64,000 nt of DNA from Takakia lepidozioides (Eukaryota > Plantae > Bryophyta). Position numbers and translations under genes: made by a program. The notes under the pieces are model-generated. The model searched no databases, was not told where the DNA came from, and worked only from the letters and a program-made list of their open reading frames with translations. The stretch covers positions 76,508,001-76,572,000 of the forward strand of contig CM060732.1 of NCBI GenBank assembly GCA_030704615.1. The letters run 5' to 3'. Shown piece by piece: positions 12,353-26,756 of this stretch; the first letter of the stretch is position 1, and each line of letters begins with the position of its first letter.

Positions 12353-15300
12353 TCCTAAACCCTCGCCCTTCCCACCCTTCGTTTTCGTGCGCCTAAGCCT
12401 GACTGTTCTGTTCGGTCGTCCGTTCCTCTCAAGACTTAAATTCTTTTCATTTAAAGTGTACATTTTCCATCACTATTTATTTTCTTCAGTTGCACTTATT
12501 TATTTATTTATTTAGAATAGGTCAGAACTTTATTTGAATAGTTGCACTAACTTGCAAAAAATTATGTTTGCAGTGGAGTCTCTTTACTTAGTAATAGTAT
12601 GTATGTATATCGGTTTCCATATTTCTGAAAATTTGGATCTTATTAATATATGAAGTATGTATGGAACATATTTTTGAATCTTCCTAAATGGGCCTGCAAA
12701 ATGTAAAACTGGTAAGACTTTTATTTTATTATTATCTTATTGTTTTAATAAATAGGGGACAGAGGCCCCGTTATCAAATCAAAGGAGCAAGGAATGCCAA
12801 AAGCCATGCACCATGTGATTTATAAAATACACATGGTGATAGAATAAATTTGTATTTATATTAGTTTTCAAGATTTTAAATAATAATATTTTATTATGTA
12901 ATTAAGTGTTTACATATTCGATCTATTTTATATAATTTTTAATAAATTTATTGTATATATCCATTCATACATATCGATCCCCATATTAGTTCAAACTTAG
13001 GTAGATCAAGACTTCAATTGTGGAAAGCATCACTGCCCGGTTCTTTCTTGACTGTAGGCTGTGTAGGCTAGATAGCTTATTTGATTTTGGCTTCATGGTT
13101 AAGAGTGCCCATGTGGCTTTAGGTCTTATGGTCATTAGTTCCTTTGTGCACGGTTCCTAGCTTGTTGGTTTTTACCTACAAACAGGTTGAGGTTTTTTTT
13201 CCCTGCCCGTTGTGTTGTCGTTGGGAGTCTTCGTCTTAAGAAACAAAAATCAAAAAACAAAAAACAAAAACCACAAGTATTATTAATCAATTTGGTCTGA
13301 TAAGACTAATGTAGTTCAATGAATGCACGCTTGCTATCAATCAACAATAAAAGACTGTTGACACTATCAATCTATTTATCAATCGGGCCTAATTATTCTC
13401 GTACAAAAGAGTGTAGTTGATTATCTATGAACAATCCACTAACAACTACATATACATGATACTACAATACTTTAATTATTTTGGAGATCAACTGAGAAAC
13501 TTTGACTATATGTTGATCAATTGGCGCAACTGCATCCACCGCGTTGAGAGTTATGTTGTAATCCCTCGAGTTACTAAATGAGGTACCAACTACCAACTTA
13601 CAACCGATAATGTACATAGTCTGGGAGATGAAGACTCATTCTTAATAAGTGTGCACCAAGTTCAAACTTACACATACTATGAGCAGTTGTGGATGAGGAA
13701 GGCACCTATTCTGATGGACTAGTTGACATCATTGTGGAGTTTCAGAGAGCAAACGTCACACTTATTCACAATGGATTGAGCAAAGAGGAGTTGGTGGAAA
13801 TATAAAATAAAATAAAATTACAAAACACTTTTCAATTCTTGAGACTCTAAGCCGAACATCAAGAAGTGACCATTTTGTATGTTATGGAGACTGAATTTCC
13901 TCATTGAATCTTCAAAATCTCCAAGACATGTTGCATTTGGAGTTCTAAACAACCAACAATTTTTTTTGTTTATATACCTGATCTATCTCGAGCTTCTTAT
14001 TTTTCTTGGAATATAATTTACATGCTCAAAATTTGCTCCCTCAAATCCACACCAGAGGGCTATAATCAACATCATCGACATAGCATGGTTAGAAGTGCAC
14101 TCATCTTCGTCCATCTTACGCATCTTTGATGTACTCTTATGAAAACTCCTCGTACAAATTTATCCGAATCGGCCTCAAGTTTAACTGTGAAGTGTCATTC
14201 ATTGTAAAAAATATTCTATAACTAAATTTTCTGGTCTCAATAAGTCGTGACTTTGTTATTGTAAATTGCTTTCGCGTGCAACTTGAAATCCACAAGTTGT
14301 AAGGTCAAGGCGGCCACTTAGTTTGATTGTAGTTCATTGTATATTGTTTTCGTAGTTGGAAATCCATTAGCTATAAGGTTGATCTTGAGGATGGACTATT
14401 TAACCCATCGGTCCCATCAGTCTTTCAGAGTATCATTTTTCTCAATATCTTCGTCCAAACCAACGAAGACTGAAGGACAAACTCATCTGATGCTTGTTGA
14501 ACCTTGGTGTAACAATCATCAGTTACCATAATATTGAATGAAGATAGCAACTCGAGTCTCAGTGATTCAAAGCTTTTGACAACTTTTAATGTATCTCTCA
14601 GAAGCTTTGAGCAATGAATTTTGAATACTGCTTTTAAAAATGCAACTTGTTAGACGTAACAACTTGACAATATAAAAAATATATATCTGGAAGTTCAAGG
14701 ACTTAAGACTTAATCTTTTCGATGGATAAAATGATATGTCTTTTCTTCCTAATTGTAAGTGAATTTGTTGAGCATGTCTACAAAACCTTTAAATTGGTCC
14801 ACTCTTTAGAAAAACATTTGTGTTTGTGCAAGTCATGCATCTAACGCATAATTGTTCGCCCAATATATCGGCATGTTTGTTTTGCCATCGGCCATCAATG
14901 TTCACATTATGGAGTTCTTCAAGCTCAAGGTTACTGAAAATGAGAAAAAGATGTCGCATTGATCAACATTTTTTCGAATATGGGCGTCGATAGACTTTAA
15001 CATCCAAATCATTACCATCAACGTTCGAATCTTTAAAAACATCCAAATCAATAGCATGCTTACGGGGATTATTCATCATTACCTCTACTTCTATTAATTT
15101 ATTATGTCATGTTTTGCATTTTTTTTTGGGGCCCTACGTGTGCAGAGCCCCCCTAGGTACTAGTATGTAGTAAGTAGTAAGAATAGATAGTAAGAGGCAG
15201 GAGAAGAGAGCCAAGCTCTCTTTATATACCCTAGGGGGCGGGTGGGACCCTTCTAGAAGGCCGTAGACCCCTCAAGCGGTGGGACCTTCTAGAAGGCTGC

Positions 15301-15849
15301 CCTGACACACGTCACTCGTAGAAACCACCACGCCTGCTTATCCCAATCTAACCATGAACCATCCCCTATTTAATAGGTCTTACCTTCCTACCTCCCCCCC
15401 CCCTTATATGACAGTTATTAATTGAACTCCTACTGTAGCTTACTATAACTCCCGCTTCATAATTCCTGGACCACTCTGTAATCCCCACACCCCCTTTCAA
15501 ACCTCCTTATTCATCGGAGGCGTTGCAAAAGTACAGGGAAGCGAGAAGACACCAGTGCAAGATAAACACGAGGAAGCAGAGTTAGGCACTGGCGAATAGC
15601 TAGGGGAAGTCTATCAAGACACCATTGCAGGAGAGAAGCCAACACGAAAAGATAGCAACAATGCGAACCAGGATGAAAAGGAGAGCACAGTGAAACAACG
15701 TCATGGTGGTAGACGGTAAACCCTACTTAGAGCAACTTCATCTCCACCACAAGATTTGTTTAGGGTAGAGATTCTCCTATCCTCGACCAGTATACAACGT
15801 TTGGGGGCATGTAACACGACAGAGCGAGAAAAGGCGACATCACAACATA

Positions 15850-17480
15850 GAGATTAGAGAATATGGAGCCTAAAGCATTTCAAGAAAAGTGCTCGTGCTT
15901 GCTCTATGCTAGCACCGAAGGTCCTACGTATCTGACATGCACGAAGTGCATATTTTTCGTATATAAAACCTATTACTACACGGACACGAGAAGGTGCATG
16001 AGTTGATTATAGTCTTCAAGGGGATCTGTTCATGGATTGATCCAAAGAGAGGGAGATAGCCAAGGAGGATCAATGGGCCCTGGCAATGACAATGAAGAGA
16101 GACAAACCATGAACGATGTTGAAGAAGAAGATGTTGGGCAAGATGCAGCTACTGCAAATGAAGATATAGAAGAACAAGCAACACTTGGCAACTTGTTTGA
16201 TACTCATTTTGGCTCACCCAGGGATGGGGCAGATGAAAGTGGTGAAAACAGAGATTTTGGGACAAGTGAAATGCAGAGAATGGCGAGGACGAATCTATAC
16301 AAAGGGAGCACAATTGGAAAATTGTCTGCCATTTTATTGGTATTGAAATCAACATACGGGTGGAGCGATACAAGCATCACAACGCTTTTGAGGTAAACAA
16401 TCGAGTAACAATCTCCCGTGAAGCTCTTTTATATGTGTATGTGTGAAACAAAACAAAATGGGATTCTGGGAGACACCTTACCTTTGGTAGACTTTGTCAC
16501 ACCTAATCTTCTACACTATGAAGGTGACTTCAACTATGAATTTGTTTGTGTACAGGCTGTTGAAAGACAAGGTACTTCCTGTAGACTATAATCTCCTAGA
16601 ATCACACCAAGAAGCAAGAAGATAATTGGCAGACATTGGCCTCGAGTCTAGAAGTCTATATGCTTGTAAAAATGACATAATATTAAATTTAGAGGGGAAT
16701 TGGAGCACCTGACTTCATGCCCGACATGTGGTGAACCTCGCTATCGACATGATCTTCAGGGATCAACTACTCCTCAAAAGGTTTTAGCGTCATTCCAACC
16801 ACCAAGTAGTAAGATAAGATTTTTAGGAGTTTGTGAGTGATGTGAGGATGTCAATGTGCAAGAAGTGTGGACTTACTTTTCTGGGCATATTGTTTTGGAA
16901 GGTAGACACACCCAAGATAAAGAGAAGTGGTGGATAACAATAGAGAAGGGGGTAGGAAAAATTTGGTGATGATTGTTGGTTGAGTATAACATATCAATGT
17001 AACAACAATTGTGCTTCATGTCAAATTGTAGGTTATACGACACATGCCTATCATACCAAGGCTAGTACAAATGTTCCAGTCAGCAAACAAAGCACAGTTG
17101 ATAGATTGGCATTCGCGACATCGCAACAATGATGGGATTTGGAGGAGTGCAGCTGACTCACGAGCTTGGCAGCACATTGAAGAGCGGTGGAATGAATTCA
17201 AGGAAGAGCCGAGGCCTTTGAGGCTCGGCCTTGCTAATGATGGAATAAACCCCTATTCCACTAAAAAATGTAAGCGTACAGTCTGGCCAGTGATGATCGT
17301 GATCGTCAATTATAATCTACCTCCGTGGTTGAGCACGAAGAAAGCATTCATGATCTTACCTCTAATTGTGTTTGACAAAAGACAAGTAAAAATCACGGAT
17401 GTATACCTGCAACCACTAGTCGACGAGACCTGTAGCTCTAAGTTTAAAGTTCAGTACCGTATCGTGTACTACCTATGTTG
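15850..17480 (+). mobile_element. CACTA/En-Spm transposase (Tnp2/Transposase_21) remnant
   Basis: KSTYGWSDTSITTLL; MPIIPRLVQMF, ADSRAWQHI, LRLGLANDGINPY, WPVMIVIVNYNLPPW, DVYLQPLVDE; interrupted by introns, stops and frameshifts; no terminal CACTA identified. Confidence 0.85.
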
Positions 17481-19835
17481 ATGTGTTTCGATTAATGCAT
17501 GCTGTAATATTGTCTTGTTGAGCCAACCCCCACCATGCAGGCCTCGCAATGGTTGAGGGAACTGGAGGAGACGAACAGGAAGAACAACACTCGGATCCTG
17601 ATGCGGCAATTACTGTCAGATTGGTTGAAGTTGAAATGTTAAGCCAATGTTAACGAATGCCTCGAAGGCCGTGGACGGCAAATTGGGGGACCAAAAACTC
17701 CAACGCAGGTGCCACGAGGTTCCGTAATTCGGGAGCTGTCGGACTGCTTGAGGCTTATTAATGGTACTATTGGGTCCAAAGACGGGGCACATGTACGCAA
17801 GGCCCAGGCTATGGTAAACATATCAAAGAGTGCTTTGACACTTTCAAATACCCATTGACCTCACCTGTGCAAAAAAAGGACCCTAAGGGCAAGGCCAAGG
17901 AGGGTAAGGAAGAACAAGTGCCGGTGCTAATGGATGACACACAAATAATTGATGCCTTTACTATGTCCCTCGAAAATACAAACGTGCATTGCAATTGCCA
18001 AGCCATGTTCTATTTGCAGATGTGCAACAACTTTACCAGCTGCGATCATCAACTCCATTGTAGGTGTTGCCCTCCAAACTGTTCACAAAAGAAGTAGGTT
18101 AGTATGACAAAACACTAAATTCTGCAGTTATGAAGACAATAATCTCAACACAAGGTTAGGAGATTATCATGCAAGAGACAAACTAGTTCGAATCTCTATG
18201 GTTGTATACCTCTCCGAGCTCCTCAAAACATTGAAAACGATTGTTGGTGGCAAAGCTCACTCAAACATTACTTTTGTGGATAAATCTATTTGGTGGCACT
18301 CCATCTCATTTGTAATTTCCTAGACTTTGTCACAACTCTATTTTCTAAAGGTTATTTGTTAAGTGGGGTATTGATGTTCGATATTGTGACTGATTGATTT
18401 TCAACTTCAGTGACATTAATCAGAAAATTTATACAAGCTCACTTATATCAAAGAGTTCATTTAATGTTTTAGATTCTCTTGATTCTCAATTTCTCAATCT
18501 ACGTGTATTGATTTTTTCTTCCTTGTTCTTTGTTTGCGGTAGCCAACAATTTTCCACTATTTTAACAAATAAGCTCTCATTTCCACAATACAATCTAGAT
18601 CAACATGGTGAGATCAATTATTGAACACAAAGCATTTCCCAATAAGAAGAAGAAGGAAGAATGAGGTTCACTCCAAAACTATTCAAGGTTTCTGTTTTGA
18701 AGGTTTGAAGGTTTGGTCCAGTTATCCAATCTGATCCAGTTTTGCAAAAGTAAGAATCAACTTTCATCTAAAATCACTCGAATCAACTATCATTCTAAAA
18801 TTCATGGAGTGAATTTTAGAATCCATTGCAGTGTGTTTTTCTTCTTCCAATAATATAAAAATAACTTGGTGGCCTCGTAGTTGTCACTAGGTGGCCATCT
18901 ATATGTTATAGATGCAAAATTGAGAGTTGTCATATCTGAACATTTTATGCTCAATCAACTTCTTTGACCTCGATACGCGCCTCAACATCTTCCCGAAGGT
19001 TAGGAAGATGAGTCAGAATACCAGCCTCAACAACCATGCTTTCATAATCTTTCTATTATGCATACATAAGAGGTATACAAAGTACTTACACCCAATACTT
19101 TCTAACTGCTATTACAAATCCCACAGATTCAAACTTCATACATCTTCATGATGTTGGACTTGTCACATTGTGTGTGCTAGATCCTATGCAAGCACTCTTT
19201 ACCATATTTTTTTCTTATCTCTCTTGGAATTTACTAGCAAGGGGATTGAAGATATCACTAGTATTCTGGTGTGCCACAAATGCAAAATTTTCATCGGCCT
19301 TGGCAGTTGTGCCAGTGTGCACCTTATTAAGTAATTCAGCCTTTGATCTTCAGCTAAATTGCTCTTGCCACTAAATTCGCTTCGTTCCCTCTCAAAACTA
19401 TCACTTGGGGTAATACTGATAAAGTAGCTATAAATTATTTTGTCATACCCAAGATGTTTGCTGGAAGGGCATGTGGATGTCAATCAATCTTTCTGTAAAT
19501 GCCAATTTTTGTTGCTAGTATAATATGTTTGCATGGTAGAAATATGAAACAACATAGTAAAAATAGTCACTCCGCAAATTGTTATGCAAGAGGCCGATCT
19601 TTAAGAATATATACCTCCGGAAGCTCCTCAAGGGTAAATAGGCTTACTCACATAATTAATGCATGATTGTGGGCTTTACCACCAACAATCTCCTTCAACT
19701 TTTTGTGTTGCTCCATCACTTACAGTTAACCCTTCAAATAATGCAAGGTAAATTGACATAAGATATGGAGACACGAAAATATAAATATACCAATGTAATT
19801 TTTTTAAATCTTTTTAGGGTATATATATATATATA

Positions 19836-19975
19836 ACGCCTCCCCAAGGAAGCATAAATTTTGGTGTCTCTTGACCCCAAGGGCTATTGCCTTCCAGTAG
19901 GAAATGTAGACACCTTTGTGACACCAATTGGTGGATTGAGCCCAGAACCACTTCCGAGGTGGTATGCCCATGTTA
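19836..19975 (-). mobile_element. tRNA-derived SINE family copy 1
   Basis: Shares AAGGTGTC(C/T)AC...GGAAGGCA(A/G)TAGCCCTTG...AGAGACACCA...GGAGG with copies at 20.4, 33.3 and 51.3 kb; (TA)n tail at 19820-19835. Confidence 0.7.
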
Positions 19976-20407
19976 TTGGCTCCTCCTTAAGCTCAAGCCA
20001 TGGATCAGTATCAAAAATCGCTAAGCCATGTTGTGCCTAGCTTCCTGGGGTGTCACCTCCTTTCCTTTACTGAAAACTACTTCATGATGTGCCTCCACAT
20101 AACTTCTCCCTCAGGTAACATCTCTCTTATTGAACAATTTCTGAAGAATAAATGGATGATTTTTCAAGTTTATTATGGATGAAAGTTGATTTTGCTATTT
20201 ACAAAGAGGAGCCATATGTGACTAGCCGCTTGTTAATTTTGAGAGGCGAAAAATAACCCCCAAGAGGGCCATGAAGCAAACACGCCATGCGGCGAGGGAT
20301 GAACCCAGGTAAATGTTCCATATTATCCAAGAGGAAATTTTATCATCGGCCTCTTTGCATGCGTACACATGGACTCATATAACATGAGGTCCCCACAATA
20401 ATAATAT

Positions 20408-20520
20408 GGCGCTCCTGAAGGAAGCATAAATTATAGTGTTTCTCAACCCCACAGGGCAGCCAGCAGGAAGGTGGACACCTTTCCCACACCAATCCCACAA
20501 CCACTACCTATATGCCCATT
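20408..20520 (-). mobile_element. SINE family copy 2
   Basis: GAAGGAAGCATAAATTATAGTGT...AAGGTGGACACCTTT matches the other copies; (TAT)n tail. Confidence 0.65.
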
Positions 20521-20759
20521 TCCAGACTACAACTTGGTTGGCATAAAACCCATTCCTTGCATCCCTGTTGGGGAACCGAGGATACAACATCAAACCTTAT
20601 TACTGACTGGATGGAATCACAAATCACGAGGGGTTTACAAGAGGGGTTAGTAAAGTAGGAAGCAAGGGGTCCAAATCATAATAAGAAAATTGAAGGATTG
20701 ATAATGCTCATCTGAGAGAGGAGTCAAACAGATCTTTGGCTGTGCATATCTGTTTCATA

Positions 20760-21371
20760 TTATTGCATGACTACAATGGCGCTGATTTGACTGTTATTGA
20801 ACATCTTTGATCCTTTGAAAGGGGGCAGGTCTGGAAATATGTAGCTGACCTTGGCTTCAGTTAAATCTCCAACATGGGCCCACTCCCAATATTTTGTCAC
20901 ATAGTCTGCATAGTGCACGGCACCTTCCACATAGGCATCGCCATTCAAACCAAGTTCTGGCTCCACTTCTACAAAGTCAAATAGTGGGGCCCCAATGAAA
21001 ATAGCTCCGTTGTGTGCCACAACTACTTGCCATTGTAGATGTGAAGCCAGAAGATGTTAGTGGGTTGGTAGGGTGAGCCAAAAAAGCTCCGCCAACACTA
21101 AGTTATCCCCATGCATCACAGAGAAAACTCGACGGAAATATCTCTGGATGGTCCACTCCAGCCTGCTATACAATCGGATCTGCGGAGTTCCCTGGTAACT
21201 TGCTAACCACACAATCTGTCCACGGTCATCCAGTCTGTCGAAGAAATTTGTGTAGTACTCAATCTTTCCTGAAATGAGGCAAAGACCTACGTTCCCACTA
21301 TATTGGCAAACCAGAAGCTGAACTTGGGCGATACCTACCTGCAACTTGCTCCAAGCTGTGTAGTTCTCCAT
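20760..21371 (-). CDS. Possible orphan spliced gene or pseudogene of unknown function
   Basis: Two ORFs in the same frame separated by one TAA; branch-point-like CTAAC and acceptor/donor candidates could remove it; GTAAGT donor near 21612 suggests a 5'UTR intron. No family recognised. Confidence 0.35.
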
Positions 21372-22164
21372 CACAACCTGATTTGCAACACGTTGACATC
21401 ATTATACATTAGAAAAAACATGTCCTTCCTCAGTCAAAAAGGCAGACCGGTATGCAAAAGACATAACTATCATGCACTAGTTTTCCAGATATGTAGCAGC
21501 TGAAGAATCAGCACACCATGTTAGCTCAGCAGGAGAGGCGAGCAGGCAACGACCAAACAAGAAGCCGTGCATAAAGGCATAGAGTCTTCCAATCTAGATC
21601 TGGTTTACTTACGGGTCATCGACTTTCAGATTTTTCCGACAGCATTTGCTTGTATCTTTGGCCCGGAAAAAGACTGGGCAGCATGAAATTTCACACAAAT
21701 TTGCCTAAGGTTTGACTTCATGGAAACTGAAAACTTCCTTAGGTTAAAGTGAGTTCCAGTCACCCGGAAGCCTTTTCCGGATGACATCCATTTGGTACTC
21801 GGTGTCCTCATCCAAGTGGCAGGGTGACACGTGTTGCCGGACTGACACCCCTGCTCCAACCAACGAACTGAGAACGAGCTACATTTCATCCATCTATATT
21901 GCTTAGAAGGTTCGCCCATTCTGATCCTCGTGGATGCACCGAGACATGTTCGCATCCTCTTTGTCATCCATGAGATGGATGATGGATGAATACAAAAGGT
22001 CATTCATCATGTATTCATCCACTGTGGCGAAGAGTAGCGGGCTGGTGTATGCCGAGCACGACCAATCTGCCGAGCAGGGTTGGGAGGTAGACGACGACGA
22101 AGACGAAGAAGGAGGAGGAGGAGGTGGGGGAGGAGGAGGATCGAGGGGAGGGGAACATATGGTC

Positions 22165-25100
22165 ATGGGAAGTTCAGGCTCAAAACTGGAGAAGGCGTTG
22201 GGGGATCAATTTCCAGAGGGTGAGCGTTATTTCGGGCTTGAGAATTTCGGAAACACCTGCTACTGCAACAGCGTGCTGCAGGTCCCATTCTGTTGCCCTG
22301 TGATTGCTTTTATGTGTTCTGGAGGGATAGTATGGATGTTCTGTGAGAAATTGGATTGTATGTTGGGAACTACGCATGTTGGCATCCGTGACTTCCCGCA
22401 ATCGGGATGGTTTTTCTGCTTTCTGAATGAGTGTGTATTAAGGAGACGATGGGTTGGGTCGGACGGAAGTTAATTTTTTTGAAGTAGTCCAATAGGCGAT
22501 GTTGAGAGCCACGGTTTTTTTTTTTTTTCGGGTTTTGGAACCCTAATATCAGGACATTATGGGATAGTTGGAGACTCAGAGCGGCAAGGAATGTGGAGAT
22601 TCTAGAGTTATCAAAACTCCAATGGATACGAAAGGTAGAGTAACAAACAAGCCATCTACTACAAGTGATTCTAGAAACCCCAGATTGTATTTGTGGAGGA
22701 TGTTCTTGCATTCAGCATCAGATTATTTGTAGCACCCCTCGACCACAAAAAGGATGACTGCTGCCTATGTTGTGTCCTCTGTTTAGTAGGTGTGGGGGGG
22801 CCTTATACTCGTCCTGAGGAGTATCCCATTATCTAGGAATCCTTGGTGGACTCGACCACTATTGGATGCTCTTTCCCATGCACCTGAGGTTGGCTCCTGC
22901 TCATCGCAAAGATGTGCATCCGGGCTTGATCTTTCAGGTGGATACAGTACGGAGATTCATTTAGAAACCATGTTGCTGCTTAGGGGATAAATTTTTCTGC
23001 TATCAATCAGTTTGTTATGGACAGAATTAAAGTTTGACCATTCTAGCGGGGAAGTGAAGGAAAGCAAGAAGCTGTCTGATTGGTTCAAGAACCGGTTGGG
23101 TGGGTGCAGGCTCTTTATTTTTGTGTGCCTTTCAGGGATCAATTGCTGGAATATTGTGGTCATAACAAGACAGTTGGAGAGGCAGAGGAGAATCTGCTAA
23201 CTTGTTTGTCAGAGTTATTTACACAAGTAAGCCCCTCTCATCCTTCAAAGGGTACAAGCTTGACTAGCCAGTATAAGGTGAAACATTCTCTTGAATTGAT
23301 GTGGTGTTCCTAGCGTGGAAAATCTTCAGGTGTGATTTAGCGTGTAAGTTGTAGAGTGTAGGGCCTGGATTTGAGCCCTTGGGGATGACCATGTGGGAGA
23401 TCGGGTTTGGATTTTAGATCAATTCCCAAAAGAAGAAGACGGGTGTGATCGCTCCAAAGAGATTTGTACAAAGGGTCAAGAAGCAGAATGAGCTCTTCCG
23501 CAGCTACATGCACCAGGTGTGTGGCATACCCCTTTCTGTATTATTTTTCCAGGCTGACCACATCATCAGTGTGCAATACCACAGGCTGAGCGGCACTTGA
23601 TCAAGCTTGATGGCAAAGCCACCCCTATCCCATTTGAGTCCAAAAAGCTTAGGGGAAGTGGGTTATGCTCCTCCTCAAAGAGGCTCTCACCTGTCATCAC
23701 TCTAGCAATGACATTCTCATCATCTTAATCTCAGAGATTTAATTTGATGGGTCTCCTCTCTTATGTGTCCTTGTAAGAGGAGCACGAGGAGCCTTTGTGA
23801 AAAATCACCAACCTAGCATAGAACACTGAATCTTTGGTCCTTTCTGGACTATCTCGATCTTTGGACTGTAGGGTGAAGGATGTGTTCAAGTGTAGATTGA
23901 ATTTTCCTGAATTGTGCCTGTCCCCTTGCTTAGGTGTTGATGATATTTATCCCTGTTTATTTTATTTTAAAATACAGGGAATGAAAGGAAAAGGAGATGA
24001 TGTCAAAATATAAACAAAGAATCCTTACTTTATTTAAATTCAAGTCGAACTATAAGGAAGCCTGCATACTGATTTCCTCCCTCGCATTGCAGGATGCTCA
24101 CGAGTTTTTGAACTTTTTGCTAAATGAGCTGGTTGACATTCTGGAGAAGGAGGCAAAGGCATCTAAGTCAAATTCTGGAACTCAAGCGCTTCCAGAAAAA
24201 GTAGCAAATGGGTCGCTCAATGGGATGGCAAATGGAAATCACCTTCACAATATTGTCACCTGGGTGCATAAAATATTCCAGGTAATGCAGCATTGAATTG
24301 TCGTGCTCTGTCTCTGTCTCCCCTCCCCCATCTTCAAGCGGGCTGTTGGCTTTGCATACGGACAAGTGCCTCTGCGAGCGCCTTAATGGCAGCTGTGGGA
24401 AAAATAAGTTTATACCTGCAGCTGAGATGCAGGGATATGCTAAACCTTGGTGGGTGCAAACCCCCAGAAAAGGCTCTGGGATGGTTTGTTTCCCGCGGGG
24501 TCCATGACTGTAAGCCTAGTGCAAGCCAACATTTGCAGGGAATGGCATGAGTACACTCTCTCTAGCCCACTTCCAGGTGTTTTGAAGTCCTTTCTTCTCT
24601 CCTCACCTTTAAGTTCAGGGAATCATCAACTTGGGCTGTGACTGGTCTTTTGCAGGGAACATTGACGAATGAAACCAGATGCCTGAGGTGTGAGACCATC
24701 ACTGCACGAGATGAAACATTTTTGGACCTCAGTCTCGATATCGAACAAAATAGCTCTATCACGAGTTGCCTCCGCAATTTCAGTTCCACTGAGACCCTAA
24801 ATGCTGAGGATAAGTTCTTCTGTGACAAATGTTGCAGGTGTGTACACCTGCGTGATTCATACTCGTTTGGATAGTATTGACATTCATTATATCTAGTGGA
24901 CATTTGGTGAGAAGTTTGAGAAATCACTGCTCTTCTTCCCTCCTTCTCCTTCTGCCATTCTGCTGTTGGATGTTTGGAAGGGTTCTCTTGCTCTGAGCTG
25001 TGTGAAGCATGGTGCCCAAAGGATTCATCCTTGGAACTCCTGGAATCCAATGCAGCTTGCAGGAGGCACAAAAGAGAATGAAAATCAAGTCGCCACCACG

Positions 25101-25455
25101 GATTCTGGCGCTCCACCTTAAGCGTTTCAAATACATTGAACAGCTTGGGCGTTACAAGAAGCTCTCGTATCGTGTAGTCTTCCCTCTGGAGCTCAAGCTT
25201 TGCAATACAACGGATGATGCTCCGGGGTCAGAGGCAGAGTACTCACTGTTTGCAGTGGTGGTACATGTGGGCAGCGGTCCTAATCATGGTCACTATGTGA
25301 GTCTTGTTAAAAGTCATAACCACTGGCTCTTCTTTGATGATGAAAATGTGGAGATGATTGATGAGTCGGTTGTGCAGACATTTTTTGGGTCCACACAGGA
25401 GTATTCCAACAATACTGATCATGGCTACATCTTGTTCTATGAGAGCTTAGAGTAG
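22165..25455 (+). CDS. UBP3: Ubiquitin-specific protease UBP3/UBP4 (USP12/46 family)
   Basis: Exons 22165-22281, 23110-23226, 23418-23516, 24093-24281, 24656-24837, 25056-25455; [13 protein letters not shown] start, [16 protein letters not shown] Cys box, [20 protein letters not shown] His box. Confidence 0.96.
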
Positions 25456-26756
25456 AGTCACTGGGGGCATCCTAGAATACCCAATGGCCCTTTTTGTGAA
25501 ACTTATCCTAGAGTTTTCTCACATTCAGTTCCTGAAGTGGCACATAGGCACTCTTCCAGGTGCAGGAAGACCAGTTGATGGTTAGCTGCCCTTTCTTGAG
25601 TGCAGACTATGCAGACAAACAGTTGGTCACTAGGGCCGCTCACTGTGAGCAGTCCTATCATCTGGGACCATCGGGATTTCCCATGTTTTGTAGCTTGATG
25701 TTTGGACAAGAGAGTAGTACAAGCTAACGAGCTTCCACTTTCTTTGGGATAACAAGGAGCACAGCTAGCTCTCCTGACCCAAGTCTTTGGTTGCAGAAGC
25801 TGCTTTTTATACGATGACATTGCTTGAATATCTGATGAAACACAGAACTGGCATTGGCCTGAGCTGTGTGTGTTAGAGATGCAACGAAGTCTCTAGGAGG
25901 CTGAAAATAATGGTACTGATGCAAGGATGCGCAGATAGCAGTCACCTTTAACATGCGGAATTTTGGGCAGGTGCGGAACCCAGACCACTAATTGTAATCA
26001 CTCGGCAGTTAAATGTATCTTAAGAAATTGACTGATTATTTAGTAGGAATGGCTTGGTCCATTGCATACTTTCATATCCAGGAAGTTTAGTGCAGCCACA
26101 TTGGAATAGTTACTTCAAAGTTGGTTAGGGTGATAGTTTAACAGTTTGCAGCACCATGGCCACCTAAAATATGGGTTTTTGGCACTCTTGTATAGACCGG
26201 CCGATTTTTCCAATGTAGCAAGCAGTCTAATGTATTGAACACTGTTGACCTTATTGTAGATTTGCAGTTTGCGCGCAGTGTGTCAAAATTATTGCACACT
26301 GTGGGTGCACAAATGAAGTACAAGTACGAGGTATGGTTGATATTGGAGATGATAATTTACAAGTTGGATTCGGATTTCTGTAGCTTTGTTTTTGGTCTAA
26401 AGCATATGCAAGTTGGATGAGGAGTAAGCAAAAAGTAAACTTGGGAAACTCTGCTAACAATGCCTACCACCCAAAAGTTCTTGGGTCCGAAGTGTGGCTG
26501 GAAGTTGTATATATGGATAAATTACCTCATAAGTATGTAAGATCTTACAATTTGCTATTTTTAATTTGTGAAAGACTCAGATAGGACTAGGTTTCGTTAT
26601 TGTAGGTGAGGAAAATTATTTTCACCTCTCCTGGGAATCTTTGCAATCAGCCATCAATTCAGATGAGCATCACTTTCTTCATTCCATAAACAGCCTTCGT
26701 GAACTTCAAAATTCACATCAGTATGTAATCTTCAGGATAGGTCATATCTTAATCGT

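Noticed and set aside
18792-18822. 13-bp AT-rich hairpin
   Set aside because: Short, isolated and AT-rich; no supporting context.
21626-22166. Minus-strand ORFs overlapping the UBP3/4 5' region
   Set aside because: Low-complexity antisense of the (GGA)n tract, with several stops and no recognisable domain.
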